This document shows positions 14,340 through 26,494 of a DNA stretch of 64,000 nt, piece after piece. The first letter of the stretch is position 1; each line of letters begins with the position of its first letter. The notes under the pieces are model-generated. The model searched no databases. It had not been told where the DNA came from and saw only the letters and a list, made by a program, of their open reading frames with translations. Both the position numbers and the translations under genes were made by a program. The DNA is from the human T2T-CHM13v2.0 reference genome, Homo sapiens: the NCBI RefSeq assembly GCF_009914755.1, contig NC_060932.1, one strand, 5' to 3'.

Positions 14340-15470
14340 TTATTATGGCAGCCACAGAAATGCAACACCTTGGTCTCTCGATACAGGGGTTGGGGGAGAG
14401 GTCATAGTTGATTATCAGCCCCCACTGCTGCCCTCTAGGTGACATTATGTTTGTTTTAAGGTCTTACTACCCTGGGGTTGATCTCAGCATATGACCAAGT
14501 ATGGCAGGTGTACCGGCACGGCCCATCAGCCTGGAGGAAACTTTTGCACAGCTGGACAGACGCCTCAGACTCTACCTACCAAATCCTTGTTCCTTCCCCT
14601 CTCTGCAATGTTTATTTTGTTTTATTTTTATTATTTTGTTAGAGACAGAGTCTTGTTCTGGAGTGCAGTGGCATGATCATAGCTCATGGCAACCCTGAAC
14701 TTCCGGGCTCAACTGATCTTCCTCCCTCAGTGTCCTGAGTAGCTGGGACTACAGACATGTGCCATCATGCTCAGCTAATTAAAAAGAATTATTTTGTAGA
14801 GGCAGGGTCTTGCTATATTGCCCAGGCTGGTCTCAAACCCCTGGCCTCAAGCACTCCTCCCTCCTCAGCCTCCCTATGTTATTAATGTTGCTTTATTAGT
14901 ATCTCTGTGAAAAGCTTGTGGTCTACATTTGGTGTGTCTTAGGAGAACTACTCATTGACAGCCTTTATGGGGATGGGTGGTCTATGGAGTGAGCAGGGTG
15001 CCTTGGAGGGATTTCTTAAGGGAAATCCCTTAAGAAGTCTCCTGGGATATGTCTATTAGGGACTGGTGGCCACTGTACAGGCAAAATAATTGGAAGAAAG
15101 CAAACCCCAACAACTGGTGGGGAAGAAGGAGAAGAGCTGTCTATTTCCTTCAGAGCCTGGAGTATCTGTAGGTGGAGAAAATACTCTCCATTTCCGGGGG
15201 AAGGCTTTTTCCTGTTTGCTTCCATAGAAGGGAGCCCCACTGGTATAGTCCCTGAGGCCTCTCTGAACTCTTTCAATCACTCTTCCTTTGATCAGGAAGA
15301 ATGACAGCAGCTGATGGGTGATTTTAAGTAGAGACAGAGGACATGTGTTATGTAGCCCCTTTTCTTTACTTCTCCTTGGGATTCAGTTGTTCACACCAGA
15401 TCTACAAAACGGAGTTTCTATCCAAAACCCTGGCACGGAGGCTTACAGCATTTTGGCACTGCCTGCAGCA
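14340..15470. mobile_element. Ancient ERVL-like LTR-derived sequence interrupted by an Alu (family unassigned)
   Basis: GC-richer island; start resembles LTR16-type tgtggcagcc; near 15453 ttggcactg...gcagg weakly resembles a tRNA-Ser PBS. Confidence 0.3.
14609..14873 (-). mobile_element. AluJ, 5'-truncated
   Basis: T-rich tail then gagacagagtct...gcatgatcatagctca...ctcagcctccc. Confidence 0.9.
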
Positions 15471-16959
15471 GGGCGGGTATCCGTTTAATTCTAGGGTTTG
15501 TTATTAGGAAAACCACTTGCCTGCAAATATTAGACTACATTCTCCAAAACCAGCTTTATTAGCAGCTAAGCTGATATTTTGGTCTCCACCTGCCTTTCTG
15601 TTTTTGTCTTATTTCTTAATGGGTTCAAAACTGAAATGAAGAGATGAATAGTACTGTATTAGTAGAGCCATCTTGAATCTGTTAATACCCAGCACAATGC
15701 TGATGCATAGTAGATAATGAAATGAAATGAATATACAAGTTCAAATATACAAGCCATTCCTATGTAGGTTGATACTTGTATAAAATGCACTGAACACTTT
15801 TACAACTTCGAATATGGAAGATTTAATCTACATAAACAGGATTTTTTTCAAGTAGATTATTTCATTATTTTTCTTTTCTCCAATTATTCACAGGAAAAGG
15901 GAGGATTTTGCCAATTGCCACTCTTCGAAATTCTCATTTAGCTAAGCACCTTGGAAAGACACTATGTTCATTTCCCGAAAAAACTTTGACTTTTACAGTA
16001 AAATAAAATATGCAATAAAATATATTTTCCTAATTAGGTAATATCTGCTATAAAAAAGGAAACCATCAAAGCATAATATGGTGCACTCTAGAAGAACTTG
16101 CCAGTGACGTGTCTACTACAAGACTGCTGATACCAGTGATCCGGATAATCAAACAGGCTCGGATGTGTTAAAAAAAAATGCACAGAATCTTCCTTTCTTT
16201 CATTCCAGTCTGCACATTTTCTTCAGTCCTGTTTTATAATCACATTCTCACCAACATTCGCACCATGGAGAGTGTTCTTAAAGCTTCTGTGGGTTTTAAA
16301 TCTATACTCTGACTTGTAACACACAACTTCCTTTGTGGAACTCTGACTTAAAGATGCATTTACCAGCCACTCATGTCACCAGCACAGCTTTGATGGTGCT
16401 CCCCGCTCTTCTTTACTTCCGTGATGCCGGCATCTCATTGAGTCCAGCCTCTTTGGTTATAAATAAACTCTGCTGTTCTCTTTAGATGGACTTCATCTCC
16501 TTTCTGTATTCCCTTTACATTTCATCCCCTCTGCAAATTGTTGTTTTTCCCAATAAGAAGAGAGAGGCTGACTTTCAAGTGGAGCTTGGTATTTACTACT
16601 CCAGTTTGATGACTCTCTCTTGCAAAAATGGGTTTTGCTTTCCTTTTAGTTTTCTCCTCTGTTTTTAGTTCAAATCAATCCTGTTATGCAATCTCATATC
16701 CAATAATCAAATAAAAGCTAAAGTATATATAGGCAGTGGTGGTTTTTCAATTTTTAACTAGATATCTGGTGTTTTAAAGACTTTGTTCCAGTCATAAACA
16801 TGAAAATTGGGAAAATCTTGATTAGAGACAAATATGTCTAGTAAGTAGTAAAATTTTTATGTAAAGGATCTATTAAGGTGAAATGTGGAAAAAATTTTAA
16901 TTATGCATGTGATTGTACAAATTCTCCCTCATGGGGAGTAATAAAGTTAGACATCAATA

Positions 16960-17100
16960 AGTCATCCAGACCAACTCCATTTTGTAGATTAGACAACTGA
17001 TATTGAAAGAGGATAAATATCCAGGAGGCACACATTTAGAAAATTCACAGGCATGAAATAAGAACCGGATCACTTGCTTCTCAGAGCAGGGAGTTTTATC
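16960..17100 (-). mobile_element. MIR
   Basis: ccattttgtagattagacaactga, degenerate MIR core. Confidence 0.5.
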
Positions 17101-17244
17101 ATATACTTTTCTGATTTTGTCCCTAACTACTTAAAATAGGAAAACAAATACCTTTATATTAATGGAGCTAGTTGTATCTCATTTAATTCTTAAAATAATC
17201 TTTTAATTCTTAAAGATTTTAATCTTTTCATTGCCCCCCCCCCC

Positions 17245-17666
17245 TTTTTTTTTGCCCCCGCCTTTTTTTTGAGGCAGAATCTAGCACTGTCACCCAGGCT
17301 GGAGTGCAGTGGCGCAATCTCCTGTTGCTGTCTTTTTGATCTATTTAGGGGGAATGATAGTTGTTTTTGGTTACACTGCAGCGATGGCTATTGAGGAATA
17401 TCCAGAGGCAAGAGGGGCAGGTATTGAAGTTTTAGGAAGTGTCTTAGCCCTCTGCCTCCCAGGTTCAAGTGATTCTCCTGCCTTAGCCTCCCAAGTAGCT
17501 GGGATCACAGGTCCCGCCACCACACCCAGCTGATTTGTGTATTTTTAGTAGAGACTGGGTTACACCATGTTGGCCAGGCTGCTCTCAAACTACTGACCTC
17601 AGTTGATCCACCCATCTTGACCTCTCAAAGTGCTGGGATTACAGGCGTGAGCCACCATGCCTGGCC
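17245..17666 (-). mobile_element. AluS interrupted by a mitochondrial DNA insertion
   Basis: Alu sequence to ...ggcgcaatctc (17321) resumes at ~17448 cctctgcctcccaggttcaag and runs to ...cctggcc. Confidence 0.95.
17322..17447 (+). pseudogene. MT-ND6: NUMT: fragment of mitochondrial ND6 (about codons 55-93)
   Basis: Translates VFLIYLGGM(I/M)[29 protein letters not shown] versus human ND6 [39 protein letters not shown]; ATA aligns with Met (mitochondrial code). Confidence 0.97.
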
Positions 17667-17957
17667 TGATTCCTGTTTTATAAATTAGAAACCCATGGCT
17701 CCAGTTTAAATACATAAGCCAATGTTAAATGTTCTTACATATTCCATATCTGTACCACCTAGCTTTCTTCAGAAAGGAATCAAGGTCATTATAGTATTAA
17801 GAAATATGTGGAATTTTAACAGTCCACTAAAACAATATTCTCACATTGTTGTCATTACCCAAAGCAAAACCTGGGTTTATTTGCAATTTGGCACATATGC
17901 CAATTGCAAAGAAGTCTGAGAACTGAAAGCAATTATGCCATTAACAAAAATGCTCCT

Positions 17958-18287
<330 letters not shown>

Positions 18288-18668
18288 CTATTAAAAGTAT
18301 GAGTTCAAGAAAAAGTTATTGATTAATCTTACTGTTTTATAAATGCTTTTTATTAATTTTATTGAAAATTGCTTTCTTGTGACACTAATCTTAATTCAAG
18401 TTTAAAATTTTAATTTTTCTTTTCTACCAGTGAATAGAATAAAAAAAATTTAAATCACCTTTGTTCCCATTCCCTCCACACACATATAATGACGCACATT
18501 TATTTTTGTATCCAGATTTTTATTTAGTATTATCCTCAGCATTTTTCCTGTGATATATGGTATTCACAACTGCTCTTTTAAATATCTGCATGTGCCATCG
18601 TCACTCCTTAAATTTAGGTTGTTTTTAGCTTTTTATTATTTTAAAAATGCTATAGAAATCTTTGAGTG

Positions 18669-18958
18669 GGCTGGCTGCAGTGGCTCATGCCTGAAATCCG
18701 AGCACTTTGGGAGGCCAAGGTAGGAGGATTGCTTGAAGCCAGGACTTCAAGACCAGGCTGGGAAACATAGCAAGACCCTTTCTATACAAAAAATAATAAA
18801 TTGGCCAGGCATGGTAGTGCACACCTGTAGCTCCAGCCACTCTGAAGGATGAGGGAGGATAGTTGGAGCCCAGGAGTTCGAGGCTGCAGTAAGCTATACC
18901 ATGCTACCGTACTCTAGCCTGGAGTGAGACTCTGTTGCTTAAAAAAAAGAAAGAAGAA
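18669..18958 (+). mobile_element. AluJ
   Basis: ggaggattgcttgaagccagg, catagcaagacc, ggagttcgaggctgcag. Confidence 0.92.
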
Positions 18959-19000
18959 ATATTTGGATATGTAACACCTTTTCTCATTTCAGTTATTTCC

Positions 19001-19406
19001 TGCATTAGTCACTTCTTGCATTGCTATAAAGAAATACCTGAGACTGAGTAAGAAAAGAGGTTTAATTGACTCACAGTTCTGCAGGCTATACAAGAAGTAT
19101 AGTGGCATCTGCTTCTGGAGAGGCCTCAGGGGGCTTTTACTCATGGCAGAAGGCAAAGCAGGAGTAGGCACATCACATGGCAAGAACAGGGCAAGAGAGT
19201 GAGCGGAGGTGCTACGCCCTTTCAAACAACCAGATCTTGTGAGAATTCACTTGCTATCACGAGGACAGTACCAAGAGGCGTTGCTAAACCATTAATGAGA
19301 AATCTGTCCCCATGATCAAATCACCTCCCACAAGGCTCCACCTCCAATACTGGGGATTACAAATCAATATGAGCATTGGGTGGGGTCACATATTCAAACT
19401 GTATTA
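19001..19406 (-). mobile_element. MST (MSTB-like) solo LTR
   Basis: tgcattagtc...attgctataaagaaatacctgagact...caaactgtatta. Confidence 0.9.
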
Positions 19407-21759
19407 CTTTCCCAGCATGACTAGCCTGAAGAGGGATGACATGTGTCAACATTTTTTTTTCTCTGCACCTTTGCCAACATTAGGAAGTACCCCAAAAATG
19501 AATGAATGAATTTGACCAAAGTGAACCCACTTGGCAATTTTTGTTCTTAGTTTATAAGTGTTAAAATATGCCCTTGTATTTACTATTACGTTCTATTCAT
19601 CTTCTGTCCATTTTCTGATCATTTTTTTTCTTTTATATATTGGTTACTTACTATGTTTCCAGCTCTCCACGGAGACCTTTCTGTAGAATATGATAAATGT
19701 ATTCACTCTTGTATTGTCTACAGAAGTATTTTCCATGCTGTTTTCTTTTATATGCAAAAGTTTTAAGGCATTTTTTTTCAGAGCTGTTTTTCAGTCCAAC
19801 ATTCAGAGATTAGATCAATATTGAAGTCCGTTTTCTGATTTTCTTTGACTGTATTGCAAGTTTCCCTTTCAAATTAAATGTTGTTTTGATCTCAAAAAAA
19901 GCATGTCTGAATTTTCTTTCCTGCAGTTTGTAAGTATGGCAGGCCAATGTGCAAAGGAACAAATGTGTTCACACGGACCATAAAGAATACTAGTCCAGCA
20001 ACATGGTAGGTACCACATCAAAATCTGTTTTGCTATCTCAATATAATTTGGGTTCAGTTCATTCTTTCTGGAATGTGTTAACATTTTTCCCCAGTAAATA
20101 AATGAACAGAGATCAAAAAACCCTATTCTTCTTTGAGTCCCAGATGGAAAATGGCTGAAGTTCAGATTAAATGTTTCCACCAGAAGTATGCCCAGCAGGT
20201 GAGATAAGTTCTAAACCAGACCATGAAAGAGATGGTAGACAGAAAAAACAGAAATTGCAAAGCTTACAAAAATCAATAGTGCGTTATAGTCTGTGTGAGA
20301 AGCAGTAGAAACTACTTTTAGGTGAACTATTGGAAATCTGTGTCTGAGAACAAATTAGTCTTACTTTCAAGAGCTAAATGACTCTGAGATATTCATTTAA
20401 TACTTCCTTATTTAGGCTAGGTCTACGATAGCAAAGTTGAACGGAGAATTAAGGTTTGTCCTACCATGCATCCATTATCCACTATACCTTGTCTGAAAGG
20501 CCTTTCCTAGACTGTCAGGCAATCCATTTTTTTCCCTTCCTTCCAAAACACAACTCAATACAGAAGTACTTTAAAGAAGCTTTTCCTTCCAAAATACACC
20601 TCAATAGGGAAGTAATTTAAGAAGATTTTCCTATTTAAATACATTCAACTATAGTAATTTCTTGACTTGATAGCCCTGTTCTCATTCATCAATACATATG
20701 GCTTTTGTTATTGGCTATTATTATAATTTTGTCTGAATACAGTAGAAAGAAGATAATCATTACCAAGTGACTAATTAATTATATTAATGAATCAGGTCAA
20801 AGAATGCATTCTCATAACATGGCCAGATAGTGTTTTGGATTGAATTGTTGGGATCACAGTTTCAATTCTCCTATTTATTTTTCTATACCTTTGCAACTAT
20901 GGATTTTGCCTTAGATAAGTGCATTGGGAGAAAAAAGATAATTTATTAAGAGGAGTACCATTCATTTAAGCTTTCTAAACTTGTTCTTTAAAATGTATTG
21001 TTTACAGTTTGAGGAGATAACTGAAAGCAAAAATAAATCAGAACTTTGAAATTTAGCAATATTTAATGATGTACAATTTGATTTTCTTTCCATTTTAGAT
21101 AAAAACCTAGTGACAAACCACTGAAACTGCATTGCAAATAACTGAAATAATATTTCTTTAGATCATATTACCATTCAGAGTTGGCCAAGGGTAAGCATAT
21201 AAACTTGGCTTCTAATTTTTTCTGGAATATTTAACATTATTTTCTACTCAAGAGAAATGTGTGACACAAAAGAGACAAACAACTGTTCTACCATTAGTGT
21301 TGTTAAATATGAATTCTTTCCTTTTTCCAGATCGTTTTTACAAAGTTTTCTTAAATGGTTTATAAGAAAGGGTTTAATTATATTACTTTTGTATTACTAT
21401 TGTTACTGTCATATTTCTGCTACCAGTATGTCTAGCAAACTGAGGTAATAATGCAGTATACACAGAAAATCAGAAGCAAAGAAGAGGGAGGCACAGATAC
21501 CATGATAATATTCAATATTATTTTAAATTTGTCTCTGAGCTTCCTCAAAATTATGACAAAAAGGGAAACCCGATATGTTATCGAAGTCTCAATTTTGGAA
21601 GAGAAAAAGCAAACCAAATCTTTAAGGAAATACAAAACTTAACCAAAATAAAATTATTTTTAAAAGTTATCTTCTGCCTGGTGAAAAGAAAATATTTTAA
21701 AACTTTATAATTGGTTTTGATTATCTTCTTTTAACACAGGAAATTAAAATATTTTAGTG

Positions 21760-21788
<29 letters not shown>
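21760..21788. repeat. (CA)n microsatellite
   Basis: About 14 perfect CA units. Confidence 0.95.
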
Positions 21789-21790
<2 letters not shown>

Positions 21791-21853
21791 CATTATATCA
21801 AGTCTTTCCGCATGAAATAGTTTTATATCTGTCAATGATAGTAAAATAGAGTC

Positions 21854-21876
21854 ATATATATATATATATATATATA
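21854..21876. repeat. (TA)n microsatellite
   Basis: About 11 perfect AT units. Confidence 0.95.
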
Positions 21877-23272
21877 AAATCAATGAGCTTGTGTGTGTAT
21901 ATATGCATGTATAATTTTTCCTATACTAACATTTAGGTGTGTTAGCCTCTATAAAAGGTAGTAGGAGTTTCCTGAAGTAGCTTGTGAGCTATTCTTCAGT
22001 GATTTTGTATAGGTGCTTAGGGCTTTCTTTCTTTTTCTTTTTCCTTTTTTTTCCTTTTTTTTTTTGAGTGGATTCAGAAACACAGGTCATGGGTGGCCTA
22101 TTCTTTCAATCTTTCAGTGCTCAAGTTCTGCAAGATTCCAATGCTTACTAAAAAGAATTTCCTAGTGACTGTAGCTTTGAAAAGATCACTTTCCCTTGAA
22201 TCTTTTTTTTAGACCAGAAAAGATTGCTTCTAGGAATCTGATCTCCTGTTTTAGTAAAACGACTATCATGAAATTCTGCCACTGGTTTGCAGTGAATATC
22301 TATGGTGGTGTAGCTGCCATGCTTCAAATAAAATCTGTCAGTGAATTCATCACGTTATCTGATAGTGTGCTCTGCTTTAGAAAAAAGAAACAGTTTTCGA
22401 AAAATACATCAGCGTTCTCTCAGTTTATATTGAAGAGAGTCAATGTCAATTTGTAAATTTTTTTTACCTTTTTTCTTATTTTTTCTTAGCTCTTTAATTG
22501 TCTGTTCTTTTTTTATAGTAGACCAAATGCATTGATTTTTTTTCCTTAAATGTAAAAGAGCATCATCATTATAACTTTCTATGTGAACATTTATAATTAT
22601 GAAATAGTTATTTTTCATAGCATTTCTTATAGCTATACAATTTAGAATAAAACCTAAATTCTCAACAATTATGGAGTATTGGTAAAATAAATTAAGGAAC
22701 ATACATATAACAGAGTGCTATGTGCTTATTAACATTCATTTACATAAGAATATCTAACAGCATGATGTTTAATCATAAAAAGGGGAAAACATTTTGTAAT
22801 ACCTGATATGATGCCATTTGTGTGTGTGTGTCTGTGTGTATGTTAAAGAATGTATTTTTTTAAAAGACCAAAATTAGATTTACCAAAATGTTTATGTGTG
22901 TGGTGGGTTACATTTTGATTAATAGTTACTTTATTCACTATGCATTTCTGCAGATAATAATTAAATATATTTTCTACCTATAATAAGAGTTTTTTTTTTA
23001 ATTTAAGAAGCACATTGACTTTGGAAAACGTTAGAATAGCTAAGCATAGGTGCTATGTAAAAGAGAAAAACTACTTCACTTAAGAAAATGAGAGACATTT
23101 GTTTGCTTGCGGGAGTGAGGAGGAAGGATGTGAAAGGAATGGAGTTGGGGTGAGAGGAAGAGAGGGAGGGAGTCCCAGTAATCTGACAAGACTGTACTTA
23201 CTGCAGCGTGTAACTCCTTGTGACCCCTCACGACTTCAAGCAAGTTATCAAGTTGGTAAAATCCTTGGTGAG

Positions 23273-23665
23273 TGTATGAGTCCATTTCTCACGGCTCTAA
23301 AGCATACGTGAGGTTGGGTTTATAAAGAGGCTAATCTGGCTCACAGTTCTGCAGGCTGTAAAAGCATGGTTCCAGCATCTGTTGGCTTCTGGTGAGTATT
23401 CATGGTGGAAGGGAAAGAGGGAACAGGCATAGCACATGGCAAGAGAGGGAGCAAGTGAGAAAGAAAAAGAGAGGGAAGGGAAGCATCTGACTCTTTTTAA
23501 TGATCTAGATTTCATGGTAACCAATAGAGCAAGAGCTCATCATTACCAAAAGGATGACACCAAGATATTCATGGAGGATCCATCTCCATGACCCTAACAC
23601 CACCAGGCCCCACCTCTCACATTTCAACATGAGGTTTGGAAGGGACAAACATCCAAACCATACCA
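23273..23665 (-). mobile_element. MST solo LTR
   Basis: tgtatgagtcc...catccaaaccatacca; perfect TSD gtgag (23268-23272, 23666-23670). Confidence 0.92.
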
Positions 23666-23670
23666 GTGAG

Positions 23671-25700
23671 TTTACACTTACATTGAAACTGGTGAAGAGG
23701 TTAACGTCTTGCATCTGGACTGCTATGGGGTGAAACTGAAGGAGCATATGAGGGTTCGGGAGCCGAGAGCAGAAGAGAACCACAAGAATGCAAGGATTAA
23801 GCAGAATCCTAGGGGAGATTGAACTCTTCCACATTAAAGAGTTATTGGATGAAGCCACTCTCCTCTTCCAGGAAGTATGAACTGAAAGTACACTTCCCTG
23901 CCTTGTATTAGATGAAATCTTCACACTAGCCCAGTAGAAGTGCAATGTCAATCTGACTTGAAAGCTGTTGGCTATATGCACTTAAAGAAATAGAGAATAG
24001 CTCTGCCTGGGTCATTATGGTTCTGGGAATACGACTTAAAAATAAAAACTATCTGGTAATGGACATAGCTTTTGGGACAGCTTATTATAGATAAAGATCA
24101 ATGTTATACAAGCTTGCAAGAGTGACAAAATTCATGAAGTTTCTCAATGAACAAAAAGGCAAAACAGAAGTAACATGCATCAAGAAATGCATAATTATGT
24201 CTTTTGAAAATGAAATAAAAGAGGTCTATGGCTGATGTATAAGACTCCCAAATGATTCTTGCCCCACTTTAAAGATGAGATGCAATCCCCTGGAAAGTGG
24301 ATAGCTATCATGGTTCTGTTTAATCAGCATCCTTTATGGCATTTCTCTGTAAGAAGCCAGAGACATTCCCAAGAGGTGCTGGTCTGAAGGTTGCAGAGAA
24401 AGATTTTGAGTTGGGAAGAATACAGCACGAAAGCGCTACAGGACTGTCAGGCCACCAAGGTGGACAAGGAAAACATGGCTGGTAGAATCTTTTTTAAAAA
24501 CTATCCTTAAGAGTTATCTGTGGTCACAAATCTAGCTATTACTAAGCAGAATGTCTGGCCATGCTACCACTGTTAATAATACAGATAATCTTAGGGACTT
24601 GGACATTCACATTCTAACTGCAGTCTTTGTACAGGTAGGAGAAAATACCCTGCATATTGATTGCTAAATTAAACTTTTACAATGACCTACGTATGGACTC
24701 AATATTAGTGAAGCTACCTTAGAAGGGAAGCAACATTAACTTCTATACAGGGAAAGAGTCAGAGTAGAATTGAGACTGCAGACTTCAAACTTGGAAGCTG
24801 GACGTAATGGGTATATTCAACAACTTGAAATTAAACACACAACAAGCAAGGAGCAAGGCCCCAGGTGGTGGAAGTCAGGAGGCCTCTACTTCCAGCAGAA
24901 CAAATCCCTAGAGTTAGCCCCATGACCTGGGCTGAGATTATGCCTATCAATTTGCCTGTCACGTGGAGAATATTGTGAGAAAGAGGATCTTAAGGAACAA
25001 CAGGCATACACATCCTGGCATCTAACTGGCTACAGTCTGTATGGGGCAGGTGCAGGGGAAAGCACAATATTTCCTGGTGCTCTGGTGACAGAGAGAATGG
25101 GGTTCCAGTGGTAAGTGCTCTCTAGATAACAAGGTTGGAAACTGGGAGGTGGGATCAGAGAGAGGTAAACTTTGTTGGCCCTTTGATCAGGAGGCTATTT
25201 TCCTCACAGAGGTGGATTGGACACAAAAGCTTTGGGCCTTGTTTTGTGAATGGTGATGGTGTGTCGAAAGACTGAATGGGAAATAATTTTACTGTTTTTT
25301 CTTAAATCATAAATCTCAAAGCTCTTTTGTTCGAATCAAATACATAAATATGTCTGTACATTTCTCAGTCATGCTTTTTGGCCCACAAGACACTTGTACG
25401 GTTGCATTAGGTGCTGGGGAAGCTGCTTGCTGGTCTCGAATGCAGAAGAGGACTGCAATGGGTAATTAATATCCCCACAAAGGAGGGGAGTAGACAACAG
25501 GAAAACTTCTGGAAACAGTCACCTTCTGAGAGCTCAGAGAAGAGTTCTACCCAACTCCAGACTAGAAAGAGAAGAGAGAGTCTGGACTGACTGCGTGGGC
25601 CTCTTTGTCACTCTGCCGCCTTTCTTTTACTCACGTAGGTCCAAGGAGAGAACTACTAAAATAAATTCGCAAGGAGCTATAACTGTCTTGCTCATGGGAG
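23671..25700 (+). mobile_element. Possible very ancient LTR-retroelement internal (pol-like) remnant with LTR-like end
   Basis: Scattered frame fragments PVEVQCQSDLKAVGY, KNYLVMDIAFGTAYY and GHQG in RT-RNaseH/integrase order; aataaa near 25660; weak. Confidence 0.3.
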
Positions 25701-25949
25701 AATGTAATGAGGGAGAAAATTGAGTTCTCAAAGCTGATAGGAAAAGCTACTTAGGGATCAAGCTGCCTTTGTTTGGAAAATGACTTGATTAGACCACTTG
25801 GGAAAATGAGTGTCTGTGGGGCATGGACATGACCTGGATATTAGGATGTCAGCGATCAGAGAACTCAGGAGGGCAGCATGAAGAAAAGAATAACCGACTG
25901 TCATGTGACTTCCCAGCATCTCCCCCAAATATGATATAAAGTTATTAAG

Positions 25950-26494
25950 TGTGATGGTAATATTGAGGATCAACTTGATTAGATTGAAGAATGCAAAGTA
26001 TCGTTCCTGGATGTTGCCAAAGGAGATTAACATTTGAGTCAGTGGACTGGCAGAGGCAGACCCACCCTCAATCTGAGTGGCCACCATCTAATCAGCTGCC
26101 AGTATGGCTAGGATAAAAGCAGGCAGAGGAACGTGGAAGGATTAGGCTTGCTGAGTCTTCTAGCCTCCATCTTTCTCCCATGCTGGATGCTTCCTGCCCT
26201 TGAACATCAGACTCCAAGTTCTTCAGCTTTCAGATTCTTGGACTTACTTACACCAGTGGTTTACTAGGCCTCTCGGGCCTTTCGCCACAGACTGAAGGCT
26301 GCACTGTTGACTTTCCTACTTTTGAACTTTTGGGACTTGGTCTGATCCACCACTGCCTTCTTTGCTCCTCAACTTGCAGACGGCCTATCATGGGACTTTA
26401 ACTTGTGATCATATGAGTCAATTCTCCTTAATAAATGCCCTTGTATATATACTTGTATCCTATTAGTTCTGTTCCTCTAGAGAACCCTAATACA
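25950..26494 (+). mobile_element. MLT2A (HERV-L) solo LTR, MLT2A2-sized
   Basis: tgtgatggtaatattgag...ctctagagaaccctaataca; TSD ttaag/ctaag. Confidence 0.92.

Noticed and set aside
15016-15280. Two overlapping minus-strand ORFs suggesting a processed pseudogene
   Set aside because: No recognisable protein, polyA tail or TSD
17233-17270. C-runs interrupting the Alu T tail, superficially like the mtDNA D-loop poly-C or a G-quadruplex
   Set aside because: Too short and low-complexity; explained by slippage in the tail
17309-17533. 74-aa Alu-ND6-Alu chimeric ORF as a real micropeptide
   Set aside because: Starts at a GTG inside an Alu, with no promoter or splice support; openness is explained by the NUMT's coding origin
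22196-22456. 86-aa ORF after a strong acceptor (ttttttttAG at 22212)
   Set aside because: No convincing donor or recognisable protein; cannot be supported as an exon
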